Below, piece after piece: positions 8,255 to 19,200 of a stretch of DNA of 64,000 nucleotides. The notes under the pieces were generated by a model. That model was not told the origin of the DNA. It did no database searches and saw nothing but the letters and a program-made list of their open reading frames with translations. The translations under genes were made by a program, and so were the position numbers. Each line of letters starts with the position of its first letter. Position 1 is the first letter of the stretch. The DNA is from Terriglobia bacterium (GTDB taxonomy: Bacteria; Acidobacteriota; Terriglobia; Versatilivoradales; Versatilivoraceae): NCBI GenBank assembly GCA_951813285.1, contig OX638355.1, positions 837,136-901,135 of the forward strand, read 5' to 3'.

Positions 8255-11200
8255 TCAGAAGCGCAGGCTGAGCCCCACCTGCGCGCGCCGGGTGTCGCCG
8301 AGACCGCTGCGGAGCGTACCGTCGAAGTTGTAGAGGAGCGAGCCGACGGCGGGGTCGACGAAGTTGTCGGTGTTGGTCAGGTTGAAGATCTCGAAGATCG
8401 GCTCGATGGCGGCGGCGCCGAGCGAGAAACGGCGCGACACCCGCAGATCCCAGGAAAAGAACTCATTCTGCCGCCGCAGCGTGTTGCGTGTCAGGATGGA
8501 ACCGTCGGCGCAGATCCGGTCGGCCGGCTGGGCGGCCCGCTCGCCCCGGTTGGCGCACTGCTCGGAGACCGGCGACGGGGACAGGTAGCGCACCACCTGG
8601 CTCAACTGCACCTGCGCCGGGAGGGTGGCCAGGAAGTATCCGCTCACCTGGTGCCGCCGGTCGCGATCCGACCAGCCGTACTCCGGCGCCAGGTTGGCGG
8701 CGTGAGCGTACCGGAGCACGAACGGATCGCGCTCGTTGTCGTCGTCGGAGCGATCGAACGCCAGCGTGTAGTGCGTCTCGAAGGTGATGGGCCAGCCGCC
8801 CAGGCCGCTACGCCCGCGCAGTCCCGCGGTGAGCGCGTGATAGCGGGAGCGGGCGCTGCTCTCGGTGACGGTCAGCGCGTTGATGCCGCCGCCGTCCGGG
8901 TGCGTCCCGATCCCGAAGGGCGCCCCCAGGACCCCATCGTTGCGGTTGACGAAGCGGAAGAGGTTGTCGGTGCGGGCCTGGATGTACCCCGCGCTGGCGA
9001 CAACGCCGAGCCCCAGGTCCTGGTCGAGGGTGGCGCTGAACGACCAGGTGCGCGGCAGCTCCAGATCGCGGTCCGCCACATGGATGTCCGGCAGGAACGG
9101 CGGTGACGCCGAGGTGTCGATCTGCTCGTCGATGGCAGGGACCGGACCCAGCCCCGGAGCGTTGCTGCTGCGAAAGAGGATCTGCTGGAAGGCGCCGTTG
9201 GTGGTCCGGTGCTGGGCGAATACGAGCATCGGGATGCGGGCGACGTAGGATCCGGCGTTGGCCCGCAGCACGGTGCGGCCCTTGCCGGCCAGGTCCCAGG
9301 CAAGCCCCAAGCGGGGCTGAAGGTTGTCGAGGTCATGCGGAATCCGGCCATCGGACGGGAACAGTGGATCGTCCAGGTAGGGAGCGAAGAAGGTGTCGGC
9401 CGGCTCGATGAACACATCCGGGTGCCAAGCGCCGTCCCAGCGCAGCCCCAGGTCCAGGGTCACCCGTTGGTGCGGATGCCAGGTGTCCTGAACGAACAGG
9501 CCCAGTTCGTGCATGGGGAACTGTTGGAGCCCGAGTTGCTCCGCCGGGACGCCCGGGACCGTCGCCGACTGCAGGTAGAGCAGAACCGGCCCGGCGATGG
9601 CGGAGCCGGCCGGACAGACTCCGTGCAGGCTGGTCGATCCGTCCGCGCAGGTGACGTAGCGGCTGCCCTGGGTGACGAAGCCGATGAAGCCCTCGACCGA
9701 ATCGAACAGGTAGCGGCTGTTGGCCATCCCGATGAACTGCTGGCGGACGCCGGTCCGGTTGTACTCCACCCCGGCCTTGACCAGGTGCGTGCCGGCGGCG
9801 AAGGAGAGATTGTCCACCAGCTGAAAGCGCGTGTCGAACGCCGGATCGATCGGCAGGAAGAAGGGCAGCCCGATGCGGAAGCCGTCGTCGAAGTCCATGG
9901 CGATGTCGGGAAAGGGCCGGCCGCCCAGCTCGGCGAACTGGGGTGGTCCGGGCAGGCGCGCGCCGGGGAGCAGTGGTCCCCGGTACCCGCGCGGCCGGTC
10001 CTCGCGCGCGCCCTGCAGGCGCAGCTCGTTGGAGAGGGCGTCGCTCAACAGCGAGCGCAGACTGGCGTTGACCGCGTGCGAGCCATCCCCCTCGATCCCG
10101 TTGGCCGAAGCGCCCCAGGAATCGACGTCGAAGGTGCCGTTCACCTGCTCCGACCAGGTGTAGTTGTACTTGACCGAGGCCTGCTGGCGGCCGCCCAGGT
10201 TCAGATCGAGCTTGGCCAGCAGCGAGCGTGCGTCGTCGGTGCGCCGGATCGGACCGAATTCGTCGTCGAACAGCCCCGGCCAGCGTGCCTGCAGAAAGCG
10301 CTCCAGGCGCTGCAGGTTGGCCGGATTGCGGACGCGGCGGGTCGCCTGCTTGGTCTCGGCGGCCGCCTGCTGGTCGTAGGCCAGGAAGAAGAACGTCCGG
10401 TCGCGAACGAGCGGCCCTCCCAGTGTCCCGCCCACCTGATTGCGGTGAAAGTCGGTGCGCCCGCCGCCGCGCGATTCCGGAAACGGGGCGGCGATCTCGT
10501 CCCATTGCCCGAAGTAGTGGGCGGAGCCGGCCAGCCGGTTGGTGCCCGACTTGGTGATCACGTTGACGAAGCCGCCTGAGGAGCGGCCGAACTCGGCGGT
10601 GGCGCCCTGATTCACCACCACCAGTTCCTCGATGGCGTCCTGATTGAAGGTGAAGGCCGGACGCTGGCCGCCGCGCTGCTCGCCGAAGAAGGGGTTGTTG
10701 AAATCCGCTCCGTCGACGATGAAGTTATTGAAGATGCCGCGCTGGCCGGCGATGTTGAGCGCGTCGCCGTCCGGCCCCTGCGAGATGGACGCGCCCGGGG
10801 TGAGCAGCGTCAGCGTCATGAAGTTGCGGCCGTTGCTCGGGACCCGATCCACCACATCCTCCAGAACGCGCTGCGAGCTGGTGACGTCGGCGGTGTCGAG
10901 CGTTGGCTCCAGTTCGCTGACGACGGTGATGGTCTCGGTCGTCACGATCTTGAGCGCGACGGCCAAGTCGAGCATTTCCCCGACGCGCAGCCTGGCGCCT
11001 TCGATGCGCTCTGTGCTGAAGGCGTCGGTCGCCGCCTTCACGGTCAGGTCGTAGGTCCCCGGCGGCAGCAGGGTGCGCGCAAACGTCCCGGACGACGAGG
11101 TCTCCACGGTGGTCCGGAAGTCGGTCTCCCGGTGCCGCAGAACAACCACCACCCCCTCAACCGGATCGCCGAGCGGATCACGGACCGTGCCGCGGATGGT

Positions 11201-11329
11201 GCCGGTGGTCGTCCCGGCCTGAGCGGCCACCGCGGGGGCGGTCTGGTGGAGGAGCATCGTGGCCAGCAACGCGGCCGCGATGGTGAAGAGGAGACGGCTC
11301 GAGAAGCTGATGGCGCATGTGTTCGGCAT
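8255..11329 (-). CDS. TonB-dependent receptor with N-terminal carboxypeptidase-regulatory-like domain
   Basis: The signal peptide is MPNTCAISFSSRLLFTIAAALLATMLL. GTIRGTVRDPLGDPVEGVVVVL is the CarboxypepD_reg domain. A plug and barrel follow, and the protein ends ...AQVGLSLRF with a terminal aromatic residue. Confidence 0.85.
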   Translation of the reverse strand: MPNTCAISFSSRLLFTIAAALLATMLLHQTAPAVAAQAGTTTGTIRGTVRDPLGDPVEGVVVVLRHRETDFRTTVETSSSGTFARTLLPPGTYDLTVKAATDAFSTERIEGARLRVGEMLDLAVALKIVTTETITVVSELEPTLDTADVTSSQRVLEDVVDRVPSNGRNFMTLTLLTPGASISQGPDGDALNIAGQRGIFNNFIVDGADFNNPFFGEQRGGQRPAFTFNQDAIEELVVVNQGATAEFGRSSGGFVNVITKSGTNRLAGSAHYFGQWDEIAAPFPESRGGGRTDFHRNQVGGTLGGPLVRDRTFFFLAYDQQAAAETKQATRRVRNPANLQRLERFLQARWPGLFDDEFGPIRRTDDARSLLAKLDLNLGGRQQASVKYNYTWSEQVNGTFDVDSWGASANGIEGDGSHAVNASLRSLLSDALSNELRLQGAREDRPRGYRGPLLPGARLPGPPQFAELGGRPFPDIAMDFDDGFRIGLPFFLPIDPAFDTRFQLVDNLSFAAGTHLVKAGVEYNRTGVRQQFIGMANSRYLFDSVEGFIGFVTQGSRYVTCADGSTSLHGVCPAGSAIAGPVLLYLQSATVPGVPAEQLGLQQFPMHELGLFVQDTWHPHQRVTLDLGLRWDGAWHPDVFIEPADTFFAPYLDDPLFPSDGRIPHDLDNLQPRLGLAWDLAGKGRTVLRANAGSYVARIPMLVFAQHRTTNGAFQQILFRSSNAPGLGPVPAIDEQIDTSASPPFLPDIHVADRDLELPRTWSFSATLDQDLGLGVVASAGYIQARTDNLFRFVNRNDGVLGAPFGIGTHPDGGGINALTVTESSARSRYHALTAGLRGRSGLGGWPITFETHYTLAFDRSDDDNERDPFVLRYAHAANLAPEYGWSDRDRRHQVSGYFLATLPAQVQLSQVVRYLSPSPVSEQCANRGERAAQPADRICADGSILTRNTLRRQNEFFSWDLRVSRRFSLGAAAIEPIFEIFNLTNTDNFVDPAVGSLLYNFDGTLRSGLGDTRRAQVGLSLRF

Positions 11330-11785
11330 GGCTTGACGCAGCGCGACAGGATTGTGGCAACTCGGCCGCTTCCTCGCCCGGGGAGCGGGGAACGGAGTAC
11401 GGCCGCTTGATAGTATACTGAACCGCGGTCCGCCCAATGCCGGCGCGATTCGTGCCTCCCAAACCCGAGGGCGCGAACAGCCGGTTGACTCGCGTCCAAC
11501 TCGTCCTGGCCCCTGGCGGGTAGAAGTCGCGACGAGCCCTGGCGGAGTTTCTTCAGGCGCTTTCAACTTGGCTCACGGTATGATGACCGGCGCCGGGTGT
11601 CAAGCGACACACGCGACACGGGGGACTTCGCGTTTATTCGTGTCCATTCGTGGTTCGTCGTTGTTGTCGATTGGGTGTATTTCCGCGAATGAGCCGCACG
11701 ACAGGGCGGGGGGACGGCTGACCCGGAACTCGGAACCGCCATTGTCTCCCCCCGAGCGGAATCAAGAAGGAGCTGTTGCCGACCG

Positions 11786-14653
11786 ATGTTGGAAGGACGC
11801 TATCTCGACCTGTTCCAGGACCTTTCCGGAATCATTCCCGGTGAGCGGCTCATCCGGGACGACCTGCGCACCCTGGCCTACGGGACGGACGCCAGCTTCT
11901 ACCGCCTGATCCCCAAGCTGGTGGTCCGGGTCGACACCGAAGCCGAGGTGGGGGAAGTCCTCAGGCAGTGCCGCGCCCACCGGCTGCCACTCACCTTTCG
12001 CGCGGGAGGAACCAGCCTCTCGGGGCAGTCCCTCAGCGACTCGGTGCTGATGCAGTTGGGCACGGGGTGGCGGGGGATCCGGATCGAGGACGAGGGCAGG
12101 CTCATCACCTTGCAGCCCGGCGTAGTCGGCGCCCACGCCAACGCCCGCCTGGCTCCCTACCGGCGCAAGATCGGGCCCGACCCGGCTTCCATCAACGCCG
12201 CCATGGTGGGTGGCATCGCCGCCAACAACGCCAGCGGCATGTGTTGCGGCACCTCCCAGAACAGCTATCGCACCCTGGAGGGCATGAGGATCATCCTTGC
12301 CGACGGCACCGGTCTGGACACCCGCAGCCAGGCCAGCAGGGATCGATTCCGCCAGGCCCGACCGGACCTGGTGGAACGCATCGGACGACTGGCGGAGCGG
12401 ACTCGGCAGAACGGGGAACTGGCCGGGCGGATTCGCCGCAAGTTCAAAATGAAGAACACCACCGGCTACAGCCTGAACGCCCTGATCGATTTCGAAGATC
12501 CCCTCGACGTGATCCAGCACCTGATGATCGGGTCCGAAGGCACCTTGGGCTTCATCTCCGAAATCACCTACCGGACGGTGCCCGACCATCCCCACAAGGC
12601 CACCGCCCTGATCCTCTTCCCGGATATCAGGACCGCCTGTGAAGCCACCACCCTGTTAAGGAACTGTCCCGTCTCGGCGGTCGAGATCATGGACCGGGCC
12701 GGACTGCGCTCGGTGGAAGACAAGCCCGGCCTGCCCCTGGACCTGAAGAATCTGGACCCGTCGGTGGCAGCCCTGCTGGTCGAGACCCGGGGGGAAACAC
12801 CCGAAGACCTGGACCGGCACCTGGGAGCTACCACCCGAAGCCTGGCCGATCTGCCTACGGTGGAGCCGGTCGCCTTCACCCGGGACCCCGCCGAGCAGCT
12901 CCGCCTCTGGAACATCCGCAAGGGTCTTTTCCCCTCCATAGGGGCTATCCGGGAAATCGGGACCACCGTCATCATCGAAGACGTGGCCTTCCCCATCGAC
13001 CGTCTGGCCGAAGCCACCCTGCAGCTCCAGCAACTCTTCCGCAAGCACCACTACTCGGAAGCCATCATCTTCGGGCACGCCCTGGAGGGCAATCTCCATT
13101 TCGTCTTCACCCAGGATTTCAACCGCCCCGAGGAAGTTCGCCGCTATCGGGACTTCATCGACGACCTCACCGAAATGGTGGTTCGCAGCTACGACGGCTC
13201 GCTCAAGGCGGAGCACGGCACCGGCCGCAATATGGCCCCCTTCGTGGAGTTGGAGTGGGGGGCCGAAGCCTACAGGCTGATGCGGGAGATCAAGGCCGTC
13301 TTCGATCCCGAAAACCTTCTCAACCCGGGGGTGATCCTCAACAGCGACCCCCGGATCCACCTCAAGAACCTCAAGCCCCTGCCCAAGGCCCACTCGGTGG
13401 TCGACAAGTGCACCGAATGCGGTTTCTGCGAGGTCAACTGCCCCTCCCGGGACCTGACCCTTACCCCTCGCCAACGGATCGCGGTCTGGCGTGAGATCTC
13501 CCGGCTCCGATCCGGCGGCGGCAACCCCGCTCGACTGGTCGAGCTGACCGGCCGCTACGCCTACCAGGGCAACGCCACCTGCGCTACCGACGGACTGTGC
13601 GCCATGGCCTGCCCGGTCAACATCGACACGGGCAAGCTCATCAAGGACCTGCGGCGCCTTGAGATTCCCGCATGGCAGGACCGGACCGCCACCTTGCTGG
13701 CCGACCACTTCGGACTGGTTACGGCCTCGCTGCGGATGCTGTTGACCGCCACCCACCAGTTCCATCGGCTGTTGGGCCCGGAAGGCATGCGGCAAGTCAC
13801 GAATTGGGCCCGGAAGTTTTCCGGGGACAGGCTGCCGCAATGGAATCCCTACCTGCCCGGGGCCGCCGAAGTCTTGACCGCCTCGGGAGAGGACGGCCGG
13901 TCTCCCTTGAAGGCAGTCTACTTCCCCAGCTGTCTCAGCCGGACGCTGGGCGTTGCCGGCGACAGTGGGGGCCAGCCCTCTCAGAACCGCAAGTTGGAGT
14001 TGCTGATGCGCAAGGCGGGCGTGGAGCCGGTCTATCCGGAAAACCTGGACAGCCTCTGCTGCGGGATGCCCTTTGCCAGCAAGGGATTCGAGCGGCAGGG
14101 AGCCCGCAAGCAGGAGGAGTTGCAGCGGGCTTTGAACCTGGCTTCCCGCGACGGCCGCTATCCCGTTCTGGTGGACACCAGCCCCTGTCTCTTTCGCCTG
14201 AAGGAATCGGCTCACTTCGACCCGGAGTTTTCCATCTACGAGCCGGCGGAGTTTATTCTGAAGGTACTGCGGCCGGGACTCACCTTCAGCAAGAGCGCCG
14301 GCCCGGTGGCCCTGCACAGCCCCTGCAGCTCCCGCAAGATGGGGCTGGACAGCTCCTTGCGACAGGTCGCCGAACTCTGCTCCGAGGAGGTCATCGTGCC
14401 CGATAGCGTGGGCTGCTGCGGATTCGCCGGAGACCGGGGCTTCAGCCATCCGGAGCTGACCGCCTCAGCCCTCGGCCCCCTGAAGGCCTCCCTGCCGTCC
14501 AGCTGCCCGGTGGGCTACTCCACCAGCAAGACCTGCGAGATCGGACTGTCGCTGCACGCCCGCATCCCCTATCAGTCGATTGCTTATCTGGTGGATGAGT
14601 GCACGGAAGGGCGGGTCCGGCAGGGTGGGGAAGAGGACTCCGGGGACGGGTAA
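11786..14653 (+). CDS. FAD-linked oxidase fused to Fe-S/CCG-domain oxidoreductase (YdiJ/D-2-hydroxyglutarate dehydrogenase-like)
   Basis: The 955-aa protein has an FAD-binding PCMH domain (TFRAGGTSLSGQS), a 4Fe-4S motif CTECGFCEVNCP and C-terminal Cys-rich CCG repeats. Confidence 0.85.
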   Translation: MLEGRYLDLFQDLSGIIPGERLIRDDLRTLAYGTDASFYRLIPKLVVRVDTEAEVGEVLRQCRAHRLPLTFRAGGTSLSGQSLSDSVLMQLGTGWRGIRIEDEGRLITLQPGVVGAHANARLAPYRRKIGPDPASINAAMVGGIAANNASGMCCGTSQNSYRTLEGMRIILADGTGLDTRSQASRDRFRQARPDLVERIGRLAERTRQNGELAGRIRRKFKMKNTTGYSLNALIDFEDPLDVIQHLMIGSEGTLGFISEITYRTVPDHPHKATALILFPDIRTACEATTLLRNCPVSAVEIMDRAGLRSVEDKPGLPLDLKNLDPSVAALLVETRGETPEDLDRHLGATTRSLADLPTVEPVAFTRDPAEQLRLWNIRKGLFPSIGAIREIGTTVIIEDVAFPIDRLAEATLQLQQLFRKHHYSEAIIFGHALEGNLHFVFTQDFNRPEEVRRYRDFIDDLTEMVVRSYDGSLKAEHGTGRNMAPFVELEWGAEAYRLMREIKAVFDPENLLNPGVILNSDPRIHLKNLKPLPKAHSVVDKCTECGFCEVNCPSRDLTLTPRQRIAVWREISRLRSGGGNPARLVELTGRYAYQGNATCATDGLCAMACPVNIDTGKLIKDLRRLEIPAWQDRTATLLADHFGLVTASLRMLLTATHQFHRLLGPEGMRQVTNWARKFSGDRLPQWNPYLPGAAEVLTASGEDGRSPLKAVYFPSCLSRTLGVAGDSGGQPSQNRKLELLMRKAGVEPVYPENLDSLCCGMPFASKGFERQGARKQEELQRALNLASRDGRYPVLVDTSPCLFRLKESAHFDPEFSIYEPAEFILKVLRPGLTFSKSAGPVALHSPCSSRKMGLDSSLRQVAELCSEEVIVPDSVGCCGFAGDRGFSHPELTASALGPLKASLPSSCPVGYSTSKTCEIGLSLHARIPYQSIAYLVDECTEGRVRQGGEEDSGDG

Positions 14654-14669
14654 GGCATCGGGGCCGGTC

Positions 14670-14945
14670 TCACCCCTTCTGCTCCCGGTCAACCTCCGCG
14701 CTTGCCAGGACCTCATAGAGGGAAGCCGCTTCGATCCTTCGGGTGTCTGAGCCGGGCAGGCGAGCCACCTTCACCCTCAGCGTTCCAAGCCTCTGACGGC
14801 ACTCGATCAGATCCCCGACCTTGATCGACTTGCCCCCCTTCGACACCTGCCCGTTGACCGAGACCGCTCCCGCCGCGCAGGCTTGCTGAGCCAAGGTCCG
14901 GCGGGAGATCAGTCGCGACCTCTTCAGGAAAAGGTCAAGCCGCAT
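14670..14945 (-). CDS. S4-domain RNA-binding protein (Hsp15/YbcJ-like)
   Basis: The translation MRLDLFLKRSRLISRRTLAQQACAAGAVSVNGQVSKGGKSIKVGDLIE matches the S4 fold signature. Confidence 0.6.
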   Translation of the reverse strand: MRLDLFLKRSRLISRRTLAQQACAAGAVSVNGQVSKGGKSIKVGDLIECRQRLGTLRVKVARLPGSDTRRIEAASLYEVLASAEVDREQKG

Positions 14946-14980
14946 GGATTGGGGTGGGCGATGGTTGGATGGGCGGGAAC

Positions 14981-16059
14981 TTACTTCTTCTGTTGTCCCT
15001 CGAAGGCCGCGGGCGGGGGCTCCTCGCCGACAGGCCGATCCCCGTCGGCAGAGGCGGTCGCCACCTCGGCCCCGCTGTCCAGGTAGCCTTCCTTGAGACG
15101 GATGTAGCTCTGGCGGCGCAGCTTCTCCATATACTTCCCAACGGCCGGGACCGCCTTGTCCTCAACCAGCTTGTTGCGGATCTGATCCGTGACCACGTCC
15201 AGGGGTTGAATGCCGGCCACGTTTTTTTCGATCACCTTGAAGATGCGAAAGCCCCCCTGGCCTTCCACAATGTCGGTGATCTGACCTCGCCGCAGGGAAA
15301 AGACCATATCCTCGATCTCCTTCAGCAGCATTCCTCTGCGGAAGAATCCCAGGTCCCCTACCTGCTTGGCGGTCGGCCCGTCGGAATACTGGGCCACCAG
15401 ATCGCCGAACAACTCTCCGCCCCTGGCTTTCTCCAGCACTTCCTCGGCCCTCATCCGGAGCCGATTGACTTCGGAAGGATCCTTTCCGTTGGAGGCGATC
15501 AGAATCTCCTGCAGCCGCACCTGTTCCGGCCGATCGAACTTTTCCCGGTTGGCCTCGTAGAAGGCCTTGATTTCCTCGGTCGAAACCTGGATGCGATAGT
15601 AGACCTCCCGCCCCAGAACCTGTTCTCTCAGGCTCTGCTCCTTGATTCTCTTTCTGAACTCGGCGGGATTGATGCCCTGACCGCGCATCTCCTGCTCCAG
15701 GGCTTCGATGCTGGGGAGATTGTTCTCTTTTCGAACCCGGTCCAGATACTTGATGACGTCGGTATCGGCGGTCATCCCCAGTTCCACTGCCTTCTGCACC
15801 AGGAGCCGTTCCTCGATCATGTTCTTGAGCAGATCCTTTTCGCCCTCGCGCACCGCCTGCGCCAGTTCTTCGCCGGAGAGTTCTTTCTGAGCCTGGACCC
15901 GGAGCTTGAGCAGATTCGCGGCCTCCTCGTACTCCGATTTGCTGATGATGTCGTTGTTGACCCGGCAGATGATCTCCTCGAAGACGATGGTTTCCGCCAG
16001 AGACGTGCCGGACAGCAGCAGCACTCCAGCCAGCACCCCGTGAGAAAGCCTTGTCTTCA
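14981..16059 (-). CDS. surA: SurA-like periplasmic chaperone / parvulin-type peptidyl-prolyl isomerase
   Basis: The signal peptide is MKTRLSHGVLAGVLLLSGTSLA. The parvulin domain is GDLGFFRRGMLLKEIEDMVFSLRRGQITDIVEGQGGFRIFKV. An RBS GAGGAGG lies upstream. Confidence 0.75.
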
Positions 16060-16299
16060 TGGTCCCTCCTCCTCGTACTCCGCTGCCGGGCAGAACCCGG
16101 ATCTTGCCTTCAAGCGCATACCCGATGTTAACCGAAAACTCCCCGGAAGTTAACCCGCACGTGTCACAGGGGGTGTAGGACCAATTGCGGGGAAAGGAGT
16201 GTAGCGCATTCCGGCAGCAGTGTGCCAGGCGGGTGCAGACCGCATACATCCTTTAAACCAGAAACCGCAAACATGGTTTACATGCTGCGGACGGAGGAC

Positions 16300-19200
16300 T
16301 CAGGAAGCCAGTTCGCCCAGCAACCCTTGCACCGAGGAAAGCACCTCCCCCTGGGAGACGCCTGCCGACCGAAGCCTCAATTGACCTCCCGGGCCCACCG
16401 AGAGTCCGGGGACGCTGGAGACGGTTTCCACCAGCTTGTGGGGCGGTATGGGGGTTCTGGGGTGAAAGGTGATGGCGATGCCCTGACGATCTCTCTCCAT
16501 CGACTGCACCAGAGTCTTTTCCGCCAGACGGCGCACTCTCATGTATTGCAGGAGCCTCTCAACGTCCTCGGGCAGCGGTCCGTAGCGGTCCTCCAGCTCC
16601 TCCCGGAGGGCATCCATCTCAGCGTCCACCTTCAGGGAGGAGATGCGCTTATAGACGCTCAGCCGTTGATTTTCCTCGGGGATGTAGTCCGGCGGGATTT
16701 TGACGCTCAACTTGAGATCGATCCGGGTCTGGATCTCGGGCAGGACTTCCTGGCCCTGGAGTTCCCGAATGGTCCGCTCCAGCATTTGACAGTAGAGATC
16801 GAAGCCGATGGCGTTGACATGCCCATGCTGTTCCCCGCCCAGCAGGTTGCCCGCACCCCTCAGCTCCAGGTCCAGGGCCGCCACCTTGAAACCCGATCCC
16901 AGCTCGCTGAACTCTTTCAACGCCGCCAGCCGCTGCCGCGCGATGCCCGAGAGCGTCTGCCGCGGCGGGACCAGCAGATAGGCATAGGCGCGGCGGCTGG
17001 AACGGCCCACCCGTCCCCGCAACTGGTAGAGCTGAGAGAGACCGAACCGGTCGGCTCGATTGACGATCATGGTGTTGACCAGAGGGATGTCCAGGCCGTT
17101 TTCAATAATCGTGGTGGAAACAAGCACGTCGGACTCGTGCCTCAGGAACTTCAGCAGGGTGGTTTCCAGATCCTTCTCCTTCATCTGGCCGTGAGCTACC
17201 AGCAGTCGGGCTTCAGGGCAGATTTCCCCGAGCATTGCGGCAATGGAATCGATGGTCTCCACCTGGTTGTGGACAAAAAAGACCTGTCCCTGGCGTTCCA
17301 GTTCGTTTCTGATGGCGTTTTGGATGACCTGGCGACTGAAGGGCAGCACCGCGGTCTGTATGGCCAGGCGATCCCGGGGTGGAGTCTCGATCACCGACAT
17401 GTCCCGGATGCCCGTCAACGACATGTGCAATGTTCTCGGAATGGGGGTGGCCGTCATGGTGAGGGTGTCGACGTTCTTCTTCAACTGCCTCAGCCTCTCC
17501 TTGTGAGCCACCCCGAAGCGCTGCTCCTCGTCCACGACCAACAGGCCCAGGTCCCGAAACCGGATGTCCTTGGAAAGCATGCGATGGGTGCCGATGAGGA
17601 TGTCGACCTTGCCGGTGGCCACCCGCTCCAGGATGGCCTTCTGTTCCCTGGGGCTCCGGAATCGGCTCAACATCTCAATGGTGATGGGAAACGCGGTAAA
17701 GCGCTGCCTGAAGCGCAGGTAGTGCTGGTAAACCAGGATGGTCGTAGGCGCCAGGACTGCCGACTGCTTGCCGTCGAAGGCGGCCTTGAAGGCCGCGCGC
17801 ATGGCCACCTCGGTCTTGCCGAAGCCCACGTCTCCACAGAGCAGCCGGTCCATGGGGCTGCTCAATTCCATGTCCCGGTAGAGGTCTCGAATGGCCTCCC
17901 TTTGATCCGGGGTCTCGGTGAACTCGAAAGCATCTTCGAATTCCTGATGCCAGTGGCTGTTGGCGGCAAAGCGGTATCCCGGCGCGATCCTTCTCCGGGC
18001 ATAGAGATCGAGCAGTTCCTCGGCCATGTCCCGGATGGACTTGCGGGCGCGGGCCTTGGCTCGTTTCCAGCTCACTCCTCCCAGCTTGTCCAGGGGAGGG
18101 TGGGCGCTTTCGCCGCTGCTGTGCTTTTGAACCAGGTCCATCCGCTCCAGAGGGACGTAAAGCCGGGCTTCGTCGAAATACTCCAGGATCATGAACTCCT
18201 GGTTCACTCCATCGCGGTCGATCTGCTTGAGCCCCCGGTAGCGGCCGATACCGTGGTCGACGTGCACCAGGTAGTCCCCCGGACTCAGCTCGCGGAAGTC
18301 CGATACGAAGGTCCCGCTTCTGGACCTGGATGGGGCCGGGTGGGAGAGGTACTCCACTTCATCGAAGACATCCTCGTCCCCGAAGACGCTGATCCCGGAG
18401 GAGCGGTGGCGGAATCCTTCCAGGACGTGGCCGACCACCACGGTGATTCGGGCAGGTGTCCCATCGGCCGGTCGGTCCTTGGCACCGAAATCGGAAACGA
18501 CAGGGAGATCGTATTCCCGCAGCATTTCCGCCAGGCGCTCGGCCCTTCCCAGGGAAGACTGCGCGAACAGCAGTCGAACGCCGGCTTCCAGCCACTGGCG
18601 CAGGTCCCGTGCCAGGCTTGCGATATCGCCGTGGTACTTTCGGAGGGTGGCCGTGTGGCAGTCAATGTGGATTGGGGGTGGATCGGCGGCCGCTGGAGAC
18701 CCTGAATCGACCGCTCCGTCAGCCGTCTTGCCCGCGGAGGGGGACGAGGCAAGGGAGAGATCCGGCGGCTGGCCGGGGGCGGTTCCCAGTTGCTGCAGGT
18801 CGATGACCGGACGGCCCTCCAGCCGTTCCCCGACCTCGGCCAGGGAAAGAAACAGGTCTTCCGGATTCAAGCTGGGCCACCCGCGCCGGCTGAGCGCCTC
18901 CCGGTCCCCGGCCATTTCCGCCCACCAGTGGCGCAGCCCCTCCTCCAGCTCGTCCGGCTCATCTCTCACCACCACGAAATCGCCCGCGAAGTCCAGAAAC
19001 GGCATCTGCAGCGGAAGCGTCAGCCCGTGCAGGAACTCGAAACCCTGGAAGTGCTCCCCCCGGCTTGCCTGCACGAGCTGGGTCTCGAAGAAGGCCGGAT
19101 AGTCCCCGGGAGACCATCTCTCGGAAGCCGCCCGGCTCCACTCCCGCAGAGCCCCGGGATCCACAAAGGCCTCTCTCATTGGAACGGGAGTCACGCTCTC

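Noticed and set aside
16222-18705. An 827-aa plus-strand ORF antisense to mfd. Similar long antisense ORFs occur at 24520-25662, 26153-27196, 55740-56978, 9209-10579 and 1632-2285.
   Set aside because: None has a recognisable domain. Composition is dominated by Arg, Gly, Pro and Ala, and the opposite strands encode well-conserved proteins. They are treated as GC-rich antisense artefacts.
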